A program made the translations under genes and the position numbers. A stretch of DNA of 64,000 nt, taken from assembly GCA_028284225.1 (NCBI GenBank), contig JANQSD010000004.1, positions 14,869 to 78,868 on the forward strand, given 5' to 3'. Shown here in pieces: positions 1 to 9,726 of the stretch; the first letter of the stretch is position 1; each line of letters begins with the position of its first letter. The DNA is from Arenicellales bacterium. GTDB taxonomy: Bacteria; Pseudomonadota; Gammaproteobacteria; Arenicellales; JAHEKD01. The notes below the pieces were generated by a model that was not told the origin of the DNA, made no database searches, and worked only from the letters and a program-made list of their open reading frames with translations.

Positions 1-2
1 GG

Positions 3-176
3 GTGCTATGTAAAGATAGTATTAGTACAGGAGAACTAACGGTACCCCTTGATCTGAAAGTACCCACGAGTAGCACCTATTGGTCTATCTTACACCGTCC
101 TGATTTACCCGCTGCGAGGGCCTTTCACGAATGGCTGGTTGCACTTGCCTCAGACGAATTTAGTTATAACGACTAA
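3..176 (+). CDS. C-terminal fragment of a LysR-family (GcvA-like) regulator, 5' end outside the window
   Basis: Own translation of frame 3 gives VLCKDSISTGELTVPLDLKVPTSSTYWSILHRPDLPAARAFHEWL..*, resembling the end of a LysR substrate-binding domain (G-x-L-x-x-P..Y..F-x-x-W-L). Confidence 0.6.
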   Translation: MLCKDSISTGELTVPLDLKVPTSSTYWSILHRPDLPAARAFHEWLVALASDEFSYND

Positions 177-207
177 CTAATACCAGCAATTTCTACGTTA
201 AATAAGA

Positions 208-227
208 GCCAGTATCAACATACTGGC
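208..227. terminator. Hairpin between convergent genes, likely terminator
   Basis: GCCAGTAT-caac-ATACTGGC perfect 8-bp stem; T-rich tail on the minus strand. Confidence 0.5.
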
Positions 228-247
228 CCTTGAAGGCATATAGATTG

Positions 248-1864
248 TTAAGAATTAAACCACCAACGTTCCATTTGGCGTTCACCATCAAAATCGTAAT
301 TCGATGCAAAGGTTGCCTCATGACCGATTTTATCGGAAGTGGCGAATACATAAGAGGCAAACATGGGAACGACTGTACCACCTTCTTCATTGAGGATTTT
401 TTGCATTTCAAAATACATCTCAGTGCGCTTTGCTGCATCCAGTTCTGCTCTGGCAGTTACCAGTAATTCGTTAAAACGCTCGTGCTCAAAGGCCGTGTCA
501 TTCCAGGGTACACCTGCTGCATAAGCGGTCGCAAACATCCAGTCAGCGGTTGGTCGACCATTCCAGTAGCACGCGCAAAATGGTTTCTTTAACCAGACAT
601 TTGACCAATAGCCATCATTCGGTTCTCGAACAACATTGATCGTGATACCTGCCGGTTTTGCATGTTCCGCATACAGTACACCGGCATCGACAGCACCTCC
701 GAAGGCAGCGTCGGCCACATGCAGATCAACGGTTAATGAGTCCATGCCGGCTTTCTTTAAATGTTCTTTAGCACGCTCTGGATCGTAAGGCGTTTGCTCA
801 AGTGTTTGTGCGTAAAAAGGTTGCGCTGGACTGATTGGGTGATCATTACCGATAGAGCCGTAACCCTGGAGAATCTTGCTGAGCACTTCTTCGCGATTTA
901 TTGCATACTTTAAAGCGCGTCGTACGTCCACATTATCAAAAGGCGCAATATCGGTTCTCATCGGAAATGTGAAGTGCTGACTCCCAGTGACTTGATGAAC
1001 ATTTAACCCAGAGTGGCGCTGTAATAGCGCAACGGTTTTGAGGTCTACCCGGTCAATGGCATCCACCTCTCCGGAGACCAATGCATTGGTTCTTGCTACC
1101 GGATCGATAATGGCAATCATTTCGATGCTGTCAAAGTGACCGCGATTAGCCTTCCAATAATTTGGGTTTTTTTCAAGGTCTAGCCGTACACCTGGTTCAA
1201 AATGCTTTTGCATATAGGCCCCGGTTCCATTTACGGATTGCCAATCCAGTGTGCCATCATCTTTGGCAGGCATTATGGCCAGATGATAATCAGAAACGAT
1301 AAAAGGAAAATCCGCATTTCCGGCCTCCAGCCTAAACACAACCGTATTTTTTCCATCCGCCTTAATATCTGTAATCGGCTGCACAATAGGCTTGGCCGCC
1401 GACTGTGAGTCTTCACCGCGATGATGGTTAATCGATGCTACGACATCTTCAGCCGTTAACGCTCTACCATCATGGAAGGTCACTCCTTTTCGTAATTTAA
1501 ATGTCCAGGTCGCAGCGTCAGACGATGCCTCCCAGCTTTCAGCCAATTCCGGTACCACCGAAGTATCACTACTGATTTCAGTCAGGTAGTTATATAAACC
1601 GTGACCACGTCCAGCTGCAAATCCATTTTCCCAAGTGCCCGGATCTAGCGAGTCTGTGGTCTGTCCGTGGCCCTTACCAATTCTGAATTTGCCACCTGGT
1701 TTTGGGGTTTGAGCTTCAACACCTGTTGACCATAGTGAAGAAGCCGCAGCCATTGTTGTTCCCATCGCAATGGCCGTTTGCATAAATTCGCGCCGGGATA
1801 TTCTTTTGTTTCGACCTTGCCCTGATAATCCCGAAAGAAGTTTTTGTGTCTCTCTATCATTCAT
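248..1864 (-). CDS. Peptide/nickel (family 5) ABC transporter substrate-binding protein with Tat signal
   Basis: SRREFM twin-arginine leader; PELAESWE..WTFKLRKGVTFHDG and GTGAY motifs. Confidence 0.9.
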   Translation of the reverse strand: MNDRETQKLLSGLSGQGRNKRISRREFMQTAIAMGTTMAAASSLWSTGVEAQTPKPGGKFRIGKGHGQTTDSLDPGTWENGFAAGRGHGLYNYLTEISSDTSVVPELAESWEASSDAATWTFKLRKGVTFHDGRALTAEDVVASINHHRGEDSQSAAKPIVQPITDIKADGKNTVVFRLEAGNADFPFIVSDYHLAIMPAKDDGTLDWQSVNGTGAYMQKHFEPGVRLDLEKNPNYWKANRGHFDSIEMIAIIDPVARTNALVSGEVDAIDRVDLKTVALLQRHSGLNVHQVTGSQHFTFPMRTDIAPFDNVDVRRALKYAINREEVLSKILQGYGSIGNDHPISPAQPFYAQTLEQTPYDPERAKEHLKKAGMDSLTVDLHVADAAFGGAVDAGVLYAEHAKPAGITINVVREPNDGYWSNVWLKKPFCACYWNGRPTADWMFATAYAAGVPWNDTAFEHERFNELLVTARAELDAAKRTEMYFEMQKILNEEGGTVVPMFASYVFATSDKIGHEATFASNYDFDGERQMERWWFNS

Positions 1865-2280
1865 CGCCTAATTCCCAGTAAATTTCATCATTTGAAAAAT
1901 CTGTATTCATTATATTGCGCATACATTAAAACCTATGTGTTTGCGCAACCTATCCTGAGTTGATTGCTTGAATCGAACGATTCGATTCACCGCACTCTAC
2001 GACTTCACACTCTAAGCATTGTTGCTGGTATGATCTCTCTGAATTGAGCGTCCCAGATCAACATGACTAAAATTGATCCAATCGATTCACTTACTTATCA
2101 ACAATTTGATGCCACAATGATCTATTGCCATGTAATAAATCTCATTGACCTGTTTTTATTCGCATCACTGATAACATTCAGTAATGGCGTCTTGAGCATA
2201 GCCAAAATATTCAACATCAGTTGAAAAGGAGTATGCCGCTCAAGTATCAGACTGACAATTAACAAATTTATCCCCATAGA

Positions 2281-2297
2281 CATAAGTTAAACTTATG
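2281..2297. promoter_or_regulatory. Palindromic LysR-type operator (T-N11-A)
   Basis: CATAAGT-taa-ACTTATG dyad in a long intergenic region. Confidence 0.4.
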
Positions 2298-2845
2298 CTT
2301 TAGCTGCACTTCCCAACTTAAATGAAGTTGAATTTTACGCTGACAGCACGTCTGATCTAGCCCCCGAAAGATAATCCATTAGATGAGTTAGGATTTAGTT
2401 TAATATTTAGATAAAGGAACCCAATCGCTGGGAGATAATTGGTTAATGTCGATGGAGACATTAACTTTATCGGTACCCTCGATGATTGTTATTAAATCCT
2501 CAAGATCCTTTAATGGAGCATGTAACAGTCGCGTCAAAGCGGGATTTCAAATTCGACGATTATTTATTGACTAGAGGATAATCGGCAATAACACCCGGCA
2601 ATATTTCTCTGATTTTCTTTTAGCGTACTGTATTTTCAGTTTCATGAAATACCCCCCATTTACGGCGTCAGTTTCAATTCGCGATACTCTCTTAAGAACA
2701 CTTGTTCAGACTCTTCTTTAATTGACGGATGGTAATTTTATTTCTATAAAGTCGTTTAAAAAAAAAGAGTTACAATACATTCTTTAATTAAATTATGAGC
2801 TGAATATTTTAATTGAAAAATGAACTGAAGACGCAGATTATTCAA

Positions 2846-3322
2846 CTACTGGACTTTACATTCACTAAATCTATAGTTGTTAATATAATCATCTGTAGTG
2901 TATGTCTTTCCACTATTTTCAGTGTGTTCCTTAAAACTTGACGCGACCATCAAGTAATCAACGCAACCGTTATCGAGAAACTCATACTTATATACAAAGC
3001 CTTCTGGATTACCATTTTCATCAACAGTGAAAATTGAGTAAAAAAAGTTTTCATCTGCATTCCAAGCAGCCTCTTCTTCCCATTCTTTGCAATTTTTATT
3101 ATCCACATCGCATACTTTAAATTCATAATAAGCCGAATAGTCTCGCTTTTTGACAATCGTCCAATACCTGTGTTCATTATTAAAAACAACATCACCTTTC
3201 CACGTGCCTAATAATTTCTGAACTTGCGGTGAAATAACCTCTATTGAATCAGGGCTACTTGGAGCGGAATATGCTGTTGTAATTAATATTGAAGTAAGTC
3301 CAGCGATAAGAATTTTTATCAT
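2846..3322 (-). CDS. Hypothetical secreted protein
   Basis: 158 aa ORF with signal peptide (MIKILIAGLTSILITTAYS); LLGTWKG suggests a lipocalin-like beta-barrel. Confidence 0.65.
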   Translation of the reverse strand: MIKILIAGLTSILITTAYSAPSSPDSIEVISPQVQKLLGTWKGDVVFNNEHRYWTIVKKRDYSAYYEFKVCDVDNKNCKEWEEEAAWNADENFFYSIFTVDENGNPEGFVYKYEFLDNGCVDYLMVASSFKEHTENSGKTYTTDDYINNYRFSECKVQ

Positions 3323-3407
3323 CGTGATTTCCCCTAATAATTTTGTTCTAAAAGGCCTATATGTTTGATTCCAAAATCAAGTGTAGGCGGATTCAAACAA
3401 AAACACA

Positions 3408-3842
3408 TCAGTTGTCAATGCTTATATTAAACCCTATTGAGTCTATAAAATTTTCATCAATATAGAATTTAGCTATGTAATCACCCTCTTTGAAAGTTAT
3501 TGCATATGTAGGTATCCACGCATACCAAATGCTATTTTTAATATCAAATGCATGCTCTTTTTCATAAACCAATTCATCTTGTTTGTAGTAAGAGACACGA
3601 GCTGTATGGTGATTCGTTCGACCTTTAATCACTTTATCGGACTTGAATGAGAAAATTGCATATATCGATCCGTCCAGGTTAAATTCAGTTGTGACTCCTT
3701 CTGGCCCTTTTTCCTTCGAATAATTTTTAGCCAAGACCACATTCGCAACATCTTCGCTTGTGAATGGTTCTGATTGTTGAATGGTTGTACAACTAGAAAC
3801 TAAAACAATTATCGGAATTATAAAAAATTTAAATAACTTCAA
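3408..3842 (-). CDS. Hypothetical lipoprotein
   Basis: Lipobox LVSS-C after a hydrophobic segment; GGAGA RBS upstream. Confidence 0.65.
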   Translation of the reverse strand: MKLFKFFIIPIIVLVSSCTTIQQSEPFTSEDVANVVLAKNYSKEKGPEGVTTEFNLDGSIYAIFSFKSDKVIKGRTNHHTARVSYYKQDELVYEKEHAFDIKNSIWYAWIPTYAITFKEGDYIAKFYIDENFIDSIGFNISIDN

Positions 3843-4028
3843 CTGTTTCTCCTGCGATTGGATTTGTCTTTAAATTATAATTTATAGTCAAGCTAATAAG
3901 TAGGTCCACAATCAATTATAAGAGTGAACTATCTAATTAGCAGCTATTGAGCGACGCAATAAAAAATAACGTACCGCAAGAAATTGAAAAAACCTAGAGC
4001 AGCCAATGTTTGTTTTCTTAATCGATGC

Positions 4029-4475
4029 TTATGGCTGAATCTCAGGATCATAGATCTTATCTGCAAACAGTTCGTTTATTTCGGTGATGACCTGTTCGAC
4101 TTGTTCCTCAGATAGCCCCCTGCGTTGTTCGCGGGGATCGAGTATTTGTACTGCTTTTATGCGCCCATCGATAAAATCGCCCTCTTCGCCGCAGTTGGCA
4201 AGATCAACCATCAACGGTCCGCCGTTGAACATGGATTCATATAAGCCGTCAGATTTGCCGACAAAATCCAAGCACAGCCCCTTTTTTTTCTTATTCAAAC
4301 TATAAACCTCCAGCTTTTTTAGTATGTATTTTTTGAAACGGTCTTGATGGGCTTTAGCGCGTACAGCGGCAATTTCTTCAAGGTTGAGTGAGCTTTCTTG
4401 TGCAAATGCTGAACAAATACACGCAGATGTTATCAATATCACTAGGCATGTTTTGTGTAATCGGTCAAAAATCAT
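4029..4475 (-). CDS. Hypothetical secreted protein
   Basis: 148 aa ORF with signal peptide ending SAFA-Q. Confidence 0.55.
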   Translation of the reverse strand: MIFDRLHKTCLVILITSACICSAFAQESSLNLEEIAAVRAKAHQDRFKKYILKKLEVYSLNKKKKGLCLDFVGKSDGLYESMFNGGPLMVDLANCGEEGDFIDGRIKAVQILDPREQRRGLSEEQVEQVITEINELFADKIYDPEIQP

Positions 4476-4478
4476 AAT

Positions 4479-4940
4479 CTAGGTAGTGGTGTTAGGTATT
4501 GGTGTATGGTTAAAGACAAAGGAATTTTTGCAGGCCTCCAAACCGCCTAATTCTTCTATACGTTTTTGCTGATCTGAAAAGCAGTCCCGGTTCGCTTGCT
4601 CAGGATCACAGATGGTTCTTAAGCGTTTTTCCGCTTCAGCCAAAATATCTTTATAACTTTGATCACTGGATAAATCATTTAACTCATGAGGATCATTATC
4701 TAAGTCAAACAACTGTGACACCTGATCGACATAATAGACAAATTTCCATTTATCCCAACGAATCATAAATGCGCCTGTTGTTGAGCCAGCATCATGATAC
4801 TCACTTAATACTGTTCGATCAGGATTATCTTGTTGATTTGCCAATTTATCCAGATTAGGTGTCTTAACTAATTTATGTCCGACACAACCCATCGCATCCT
4901 TGCGGTGCTCATCTGACATGATTACTAAAAAATTCATCAC
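4479..4940 (-). pseudogene. Internally deleted choline-sulfatase-like sulfatase
   Basis: Sulfatase N-terminus (NFLVIMSDEH..VKTPNLDKLA) fused directly to the C-terminus (SEYH..GAFMIRWDKWKFVYY..QLFDLDNDPHE); no CxPxR catalytic motif. Confidence 0.8.
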
Positions 4941-5167
4941 TGACTTTAGATATATGTAAGACTTAAGATTGTTGCCAAAACGCTAAAATGTCAATTATAA
5001 ATCATCCCCTTTACAGGTCTATTGTCGAGAAATCAGAGATTTCAAAATTTTTAATTGACCATTGTTGGTGAGTAGATTATTCTCTATGGTTATCAAGTAG
5101 TTTGAGGTCCAAGGTTATAATAATAAAAACAATAAGTTAAGTGATTTAATTAAAGGTAATTGTTAGT

Positions 5168-5716
5168 ATGTTTAAGAAACACGAAAATTCTGAAAATTCG
5201 ACACCAACATCATTGCGCCCAGGAGGTGCAAATAGCCCTTCTCTTGAGCAACCTTCTGCTGCACCCAGCAGCGGCGGCTCTTCACGTCCAGCTCAAATGG
5301 CATCAATCGGCCCCAGCATTCGTATTAACGGCGACATTGCCGGTAATGAAGATCTGGTTATCCATGGTCAAGTAGCGGGCAGTGTCTCCTTACCCAATAA
5401 TACGCTGACGGTGGGCAATCAGGGTGGTGTTGATGCAGATGTTAGTGCCAAATCGGTTGAGATCGAAGGCAAAGTTTCCGGCACAGTACAGGCCGCCGAT
5501 ATCGTTAGAGTAAAACCCTCCGGCCAGGTTAAAGGTGACATTGCAGCACCTAGAGTAGTGCTTGAGGACGGATGCCAATTCCGCGGCGGCATTGACATGC
5601 AGGAACAGAAACTTGCAGGCGCGAAGGCCCCTGCCGACACAAAACCCAAAACTAACGGCACTGCACCAGTCACTGACAAAAATCAGTCCAGTATAGAAAG
5701 TGCTGCCAAAGCTTAG
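5168..5716 (+). CDS. Bactofilin (polymer-forming cytoskeletal protein)
   Basis: SIGPSIRINGDIAGNEDLVIHGQVAG..VEIEGKVSG..GDIAAPRVVLEDGCQFRGGIDM beta-helix signature. Confidence 0.9.
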   Translation: MFKKHENSENSTPTSLRPGGANSPSLEQPSAAPSSGGSSRPAQMASIGPSIRINGDIAGNEDLVIHGQVAGSVSLPNNTLTVGNQGGVDADVSAKSVEIEGKVSGTVQAADIVRVKPSGQVKGDIAAPRVVLEDGCQFRGGIDMQEQKLAGAKAPADTKPKTNGTAPVTDKNQSSIESAAKA

Positions 5717-5797
5717 TTACCGACGTCAAAAGTATAACCAAGAATTTTCCTGGGCATGTAAAATGTCCAGGAGATGTATTATTGAAGATAGTGATAG

Positions 5798-6544
5798 TTG
5801 TTGAGCCGTCGTCCGAAATCTGAATCTTTGATCAAAACTCAACCCGGCCTTGTCGGCTCGGCTACCCAACCTACGAGCACTTCAAATCGTTACACACTGG
5901 GTTCCGGAGAACAACGAGGAGTTAACCCGGGTCATTGGCAAAATAAATCATTATGCCTGCCGATCATTCAAAATATTTTCGACAGGCTTAATCTTACAAA
6001 ATACTATATTCTTGACCTCAGTACGCCGCGCAGTAAAACCATGCAGTTCTTTCAGCAATGGCCCTGCAACTATCGTTTGTTTGACCTGTTCAGCGAGGTA
6101 ATCCAACCGTATAAAGACGACTACTTGGATTTGCAGAGTTATCAAGAAATTTTCCAATTTGCTCACCCTTATGACTATCAACTTGACCTTGTAATACTCT
6201 GGGATCAGCTCAGTTATATGAACCGAGACAATATCGTTCACCTAATGGATTTTATTTCCAATTACTCACACGAAGACACGTTGTTATATTTCATTAATTC
6301 CAGCAGCCAATTTATCAGCAAGACCCCTGCTCAATATACTTTTTCAACAGACAATGTTGTGGCCTGCACTAATTTCAGCAATGACCGTTCACACCCGTCC
6401 CCGCGTTATTCAACACGCACACTGGCTAATTTAATGCCCTGCTTTAATATGTATAAAATATCAATGCTGCAAAAGGACATCACTGAACATTTATGCATTT
6501 TTGAAGAATATCGAGAACCGGCCAAAGTCGGCCTGCTAAGTTAA
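5798..6544 (+). CDS. Hypothetical protein, degenerate class I SAM-methyltransferase-like fold
   Basis: ILDLS and DLVILWDQLSYM motifs; lies downstream of the bactofilin. Confidence 0.55.
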   Translation: MLSRRPKSESLIKTQPGLVGSATQPTSTSNRYTLGSGEQRGVNPGHWQNKSLCLPIIQNIFDRLNLTKYYILDLSTPRSKTMQFFQQWPCNYRLFDLFSEVIQPYKDDYLDLQSYQEIFQFAHPYDYQLDLVILWDQLSYMNRDNIVHLMDFISNYSHEDTLLYFINSSSQFISKTPAQYTFSTDNVVACTNFSNDRSHPSPRYSTRTLANLMPCFNMYKISMLQKDITEHLCIFEEYREPAKVGLLS

Positions 6545-6560
6545 ACCCGGATTAAAGGTA

Positions 6561-7724
6561 CTACCAGCGATTAACTCGCGACCACTGATCAATAACATTA
6601 TTTTGATTGTTATGAACATGATAATGTTCATACGCTGCAACAGTCATACATGCATGTATCGGTAAAATTCTTAGTTTAGTTCCAACGGGATATCGATCAA
6701 AATTCAAAACTGGACCGTCGGAACTGGCTATCAAACCATGTTCTTGATGTACACTTTCTACATATAGGCCATCGATAACTTTACCTGATAAATCTGCTAC
6801 CCAACCATAACCCGTATGGTTAGAAAACTCAGTTGCACTAATGTCTTTCGAAAGCGCTAACCCACCGGCATCAATCAATACTCTGTTAGCATTTTTGTTA
6901 TGCCCAATAACAGTAGTTAATACCGTAATGGCTATATCCTCCAGCTGACAGCTGCCGATGAAATATTGATCGATGTCACCAAACATATAAACACCCGGAC
7001 GTGCATCAGTCAAACCACTAAATGATTCTGCATAAGTGGCTGTTGGTGTAGAACCTGTGCTAATGATCTGGCTGGTCAAACCCAGTTCACTCTGTAGTCG
7101 GTGGGCCGCATCAACTACGCATACACGTTCCTGTTCTGCGATGCTGACAATCTTATCGGTCGACCGGCAATGATATGAATGGCCTGCATGGGTCATAACA
7201 CCTGAAAATTCTATGTTTGATGCCTGCTGAATAGCACGGCCGAGTGCTATTAAATCTTCAGAATCTGCCAGCACTCCACCCCTGCATCCGCCTGAGTCTA
7301 TTTCTATCAACATTTTTAATTCAAGGTCTAACTCCCTGGCAGATTTGTTTAAAGCACTGATAACAGATTCATTATCTGTAATCAGGGTTAAATCGGCACC
7401 TTTAGATATAATCTCAGCGACTTGCCTAAGCTTATCCGGCACGATTCCAACTGCATAAAGAATATCTGTGACACCATTGGTTACAAAATAATCTGCCTCA
7501 GTAAGTGTCGAAACCGTAATACCCCCAAAGCCAGTCTTGGTCGCAATCCTATATATATCGATAGACTTGGCCGTTTTCATATGCGGCCTGAGCAAAATCC
7601 CAAACGATGAAATACGTTGCTGCATCGCCTGGCAATTTCTTTCTAGAATATTTTTGTTGAGCAATAATGCAGGTGTTTGTAGATTATTGATATATTCTTG
7701 TGGCATAGATTTAACAACAAACAA
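6561..7724 (-). CDS. PLP-dependent alanine-racemase-fold enzyme (DSD1 / D-threonine aldolase family)
   Basis: TPALLL, LRPHMKTAKS (PLP Lys), HAGHSY, RPGVYMF, QEHG and PIHAC motifs. Confidence 0.85.
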   Translation of the reverse strand: MFVVKSMPQEYINNLQTPALLLNKNILERNCQAMQQRISSFGILLRPHMKTAKSIDIYRIATKTGFGGITVSTLTEADYFVTNGVTDILYAVGIVPDKLRQVAEIISKGADLTLITDNESVISALNKSARELDLELKMLIEIDSGGCRGGVLADSEDLIALGRAIQQASNIEFSGVMTHAGHSYHCRSTDKIVSIAEQERVCVVDAAHRLQSELGLTSQIISTGSTPTATYAESFSGLTDARPGVYMFGDIDQYFIGSCQLEDIAITVLTTVIGHNKNANRVLIDAGGLALSKDISATEFSNHTGYGWVADLSGKVIDGLYVESVHQEHGLIASSDGPVLNFDRYPVGTKLRILPIHACMTVAAYEHYHVHNNQNNVIDQWSRVNRW

Positions 7725-7776
7725 ATTTGATTAAGGATTATAGTATTAGTCTTTAACTGAATGTTGATGTTCGAGT

Positions 7777-8937
7777 ATGAAAACCCAACTGGATAATACA
7801 AAAGAAATTCTAAAAGAGCTGGTTTCCTTTGCGGTAATGTCCGGGGAAACTAACCTGCCGATGGTCAATTACATGGTTGATTATCTTGAACATCATGGAA
7901 TCCAAGCTGAGCTGGTTTTCTCTGAAGACCAAAACAGAGCAAATTTATTTGCCACTATTGGCCCTAAAAATGGTGATGGCGTGATGTTGAGCGGACACAC
8001 AGACGTGGTGCATGTCACCGGACAACAATGGTCGACAGATCCGTTTGAATTAACTGAAGTAAACAACCGACTCTACGGTCGCGGCTCAGTTGATATGAAA
8101 GGTTTCCTGGCTTGCTGCCTAGCGTCAGTTCCGGTTTGGCAAGCACAAGGTTTAAAGCGCCCGATTCAGCTCGGTTTTACTTATGATGAAGAAACCGGTG
8201 GTTACGGTGCCAACCGTTTATCGCAATGGCTTAAAGATAATCCTCAAAAACCCAGCTGTGCAATTATTGGCGAACCGACCAGCATGAAAATTATAGCTGG
8301 TCATAAAGGCGGCAATGAAATCACAACCAGGATCACCGGCTTTGAAGCACATTCGAGCAGACCTGATATGGGCGTAAGTGCGGTTCATTATGCTGTCAAA
8401 ATGATTAATTTCATTCTAGAAAAAGCAGAACAACAAAAACAAAAAGCAGATTTGGATTCAATGTTTGACCCGCCCTATTGTTCATTTAACATCGGCACAA
8501 TTAAAGGCGGATCGTCTCGAAATACTATCGCCGGGTTTTGTGAATTCGATTGGGAGACACGTCCTGTTCCAGGTGACGATGAAACCGAGATTCTCAACGA
8601 GATTGAACAGTATTGTCAGAGTGTATTACTACCTGAAATGAAAAAGCACTGTCCACAAGCTAACATCGTGACCGATGTGAAATCCTTGGTTCCCGGTTTG
8701 GCCATTGACAAAGACTCATCAACCATTCAAATGATCGAATCAATCTCAGAAGAACAGGGTTACGATGTTGTATCGTTTGGCACTGATGCCGGTTATTTTC
8801 AAAGCATAGGTATCGATAGTGTTGTATTCGGACCCGGAAATATTTCTCAGGCGCACAAACCCGATGAATTTATTGAAATTTCCGAACTTGAAAACTGTTT
8901 ATCCTTTTTAGACCGACTCGGGCAACATCTATCGTAA
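7777..8937 (+). CDS. argE: Acetylornithine deacetylase (M20 family)
   Basis: LSGHTDVV, GRGSVDMKGF, YDEE, IGEPT and QAHKPDEF motifs. Confidence 0.85.
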   Translation: MKTQLDNTKEILKELVSFAVMSGETNLPMVNYMVDYLEHHGIQAELVFSEDQNRANLFATIGPKNGDGVMLSGHTDVVHVTGQQWSTDPFELTEVNNRLYGRGSVDMKGFLACCLASVPVWQAQGLKRPIQLGFTYDEETGGYGANRLSQWLKDNPQKPSCAIIGEPTSMKIIAGHKGGNEITTRITGFEAHSSRPDMGVSAVHYAVKMINFILEKAEQQKQKADLDSMFDPPYCSFNIGTIKGGSSRNTIAGFCEFDWETRPVPGDDETEILNEIEQYCQSVLLPEMKKHCPQANIVTDVKSLVPGLAIDKDSSTIQMIESISEEQGYDVVSFGTDAGYFQSIGIDSVVFGPGNISQAHKPDEFIEISELENCLSFLDRLGQHLS

Positions 8938-8939
8938 CT

Positions 8940-9695
8940 ATGTCTTTCACTATTACATCCTGCACGCATGAGCTAGATTTCGACGATGCTAATTTTGATC
9001 ACAAAATCGGTTTAATTTCATTATCAACCGATCTGACTGTAGAGCAGGATTTTTATCTCATGCGCCCGAGTCCGCGCATCGGTATTTTCGTCAACCGGGT
9101 TGAATTTATTAATCCGACAACCCGAGAAAATCTTTATGCAATGCAACCCAAGCTGACCCAGGCCGCGAGTTTAATTTTGCCCAATATCAACCTGGATACA
9201 ATTGTTTATGCCTGCACCTCAGCATCCGCCGTGATCGGAGACGATAAAGTCAAACAATCAGTCAGCAAGGGTAAACCAGGCACACCCGTAGTTACACCTA
9301 CGACTGCTGCAGTTGCAGGCTTCAAAATGCTTAATATTAATAACATTACCTTGTTAGCGCCCTATATCAAAACAGTGAGTGAATCACTGGCACATTATTT
9401 TTCAGATCAAGGCTTGAATATTAACAGCCTGTATTACCTTGGCATTGAAGATGATAGAGATATAGGCAGACTCAGTCATCAATCGATAATTGATACAGCC
9501 AAATCAGCTGTAACTGCTACTACCGAGGGCATCTTTCTGGCCTGCACCGCCCTGCCGGTGGTGCCCATCATTGATCAATTGGAAAAAGAGCTGGGCATAC
9601 CCGTTATCACCAGCAATCAGGCCATGTTCTGGCAAGCCTTGCGTCAAGCGGGTTCTACTGCATCTGTAAGTGGTTTCGGCCAATTGTTAGGTTAG
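8940..9695 (+). CDS. Asp/Glu racemase / maleate isomerase family protein, EutA-like
   Basis: YACTSAS, FLACTAL and VITSNQA motifs (two catalytic Cys). Confidence 0.8.
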   Translation: MSFTITSCTHELDFDDANFDHKIGLISLSTDLTVEQDFYLMRPSPRIGIFVNRVEFINPTTRENLYAMQPKLTQAASLILPNINLDTIVYACTSASAVIGDDKVKQSVSKGKPGTPVVTPTTAAVAGFKMLNINNITLLAPYIKTVSESLAHYFSDQGLNINSLYYLGIEDDRDIGRLSHQSIIDTAKSAVTATTEGIFLACTALPVVPIIDQLEKELGIPVITSNQAMFWQALRQAGSTASVSGFGQLLG

Positions 9696-9726
9696 AATAG
9701 GCGCTTACTAAAACTAACTTATCATC

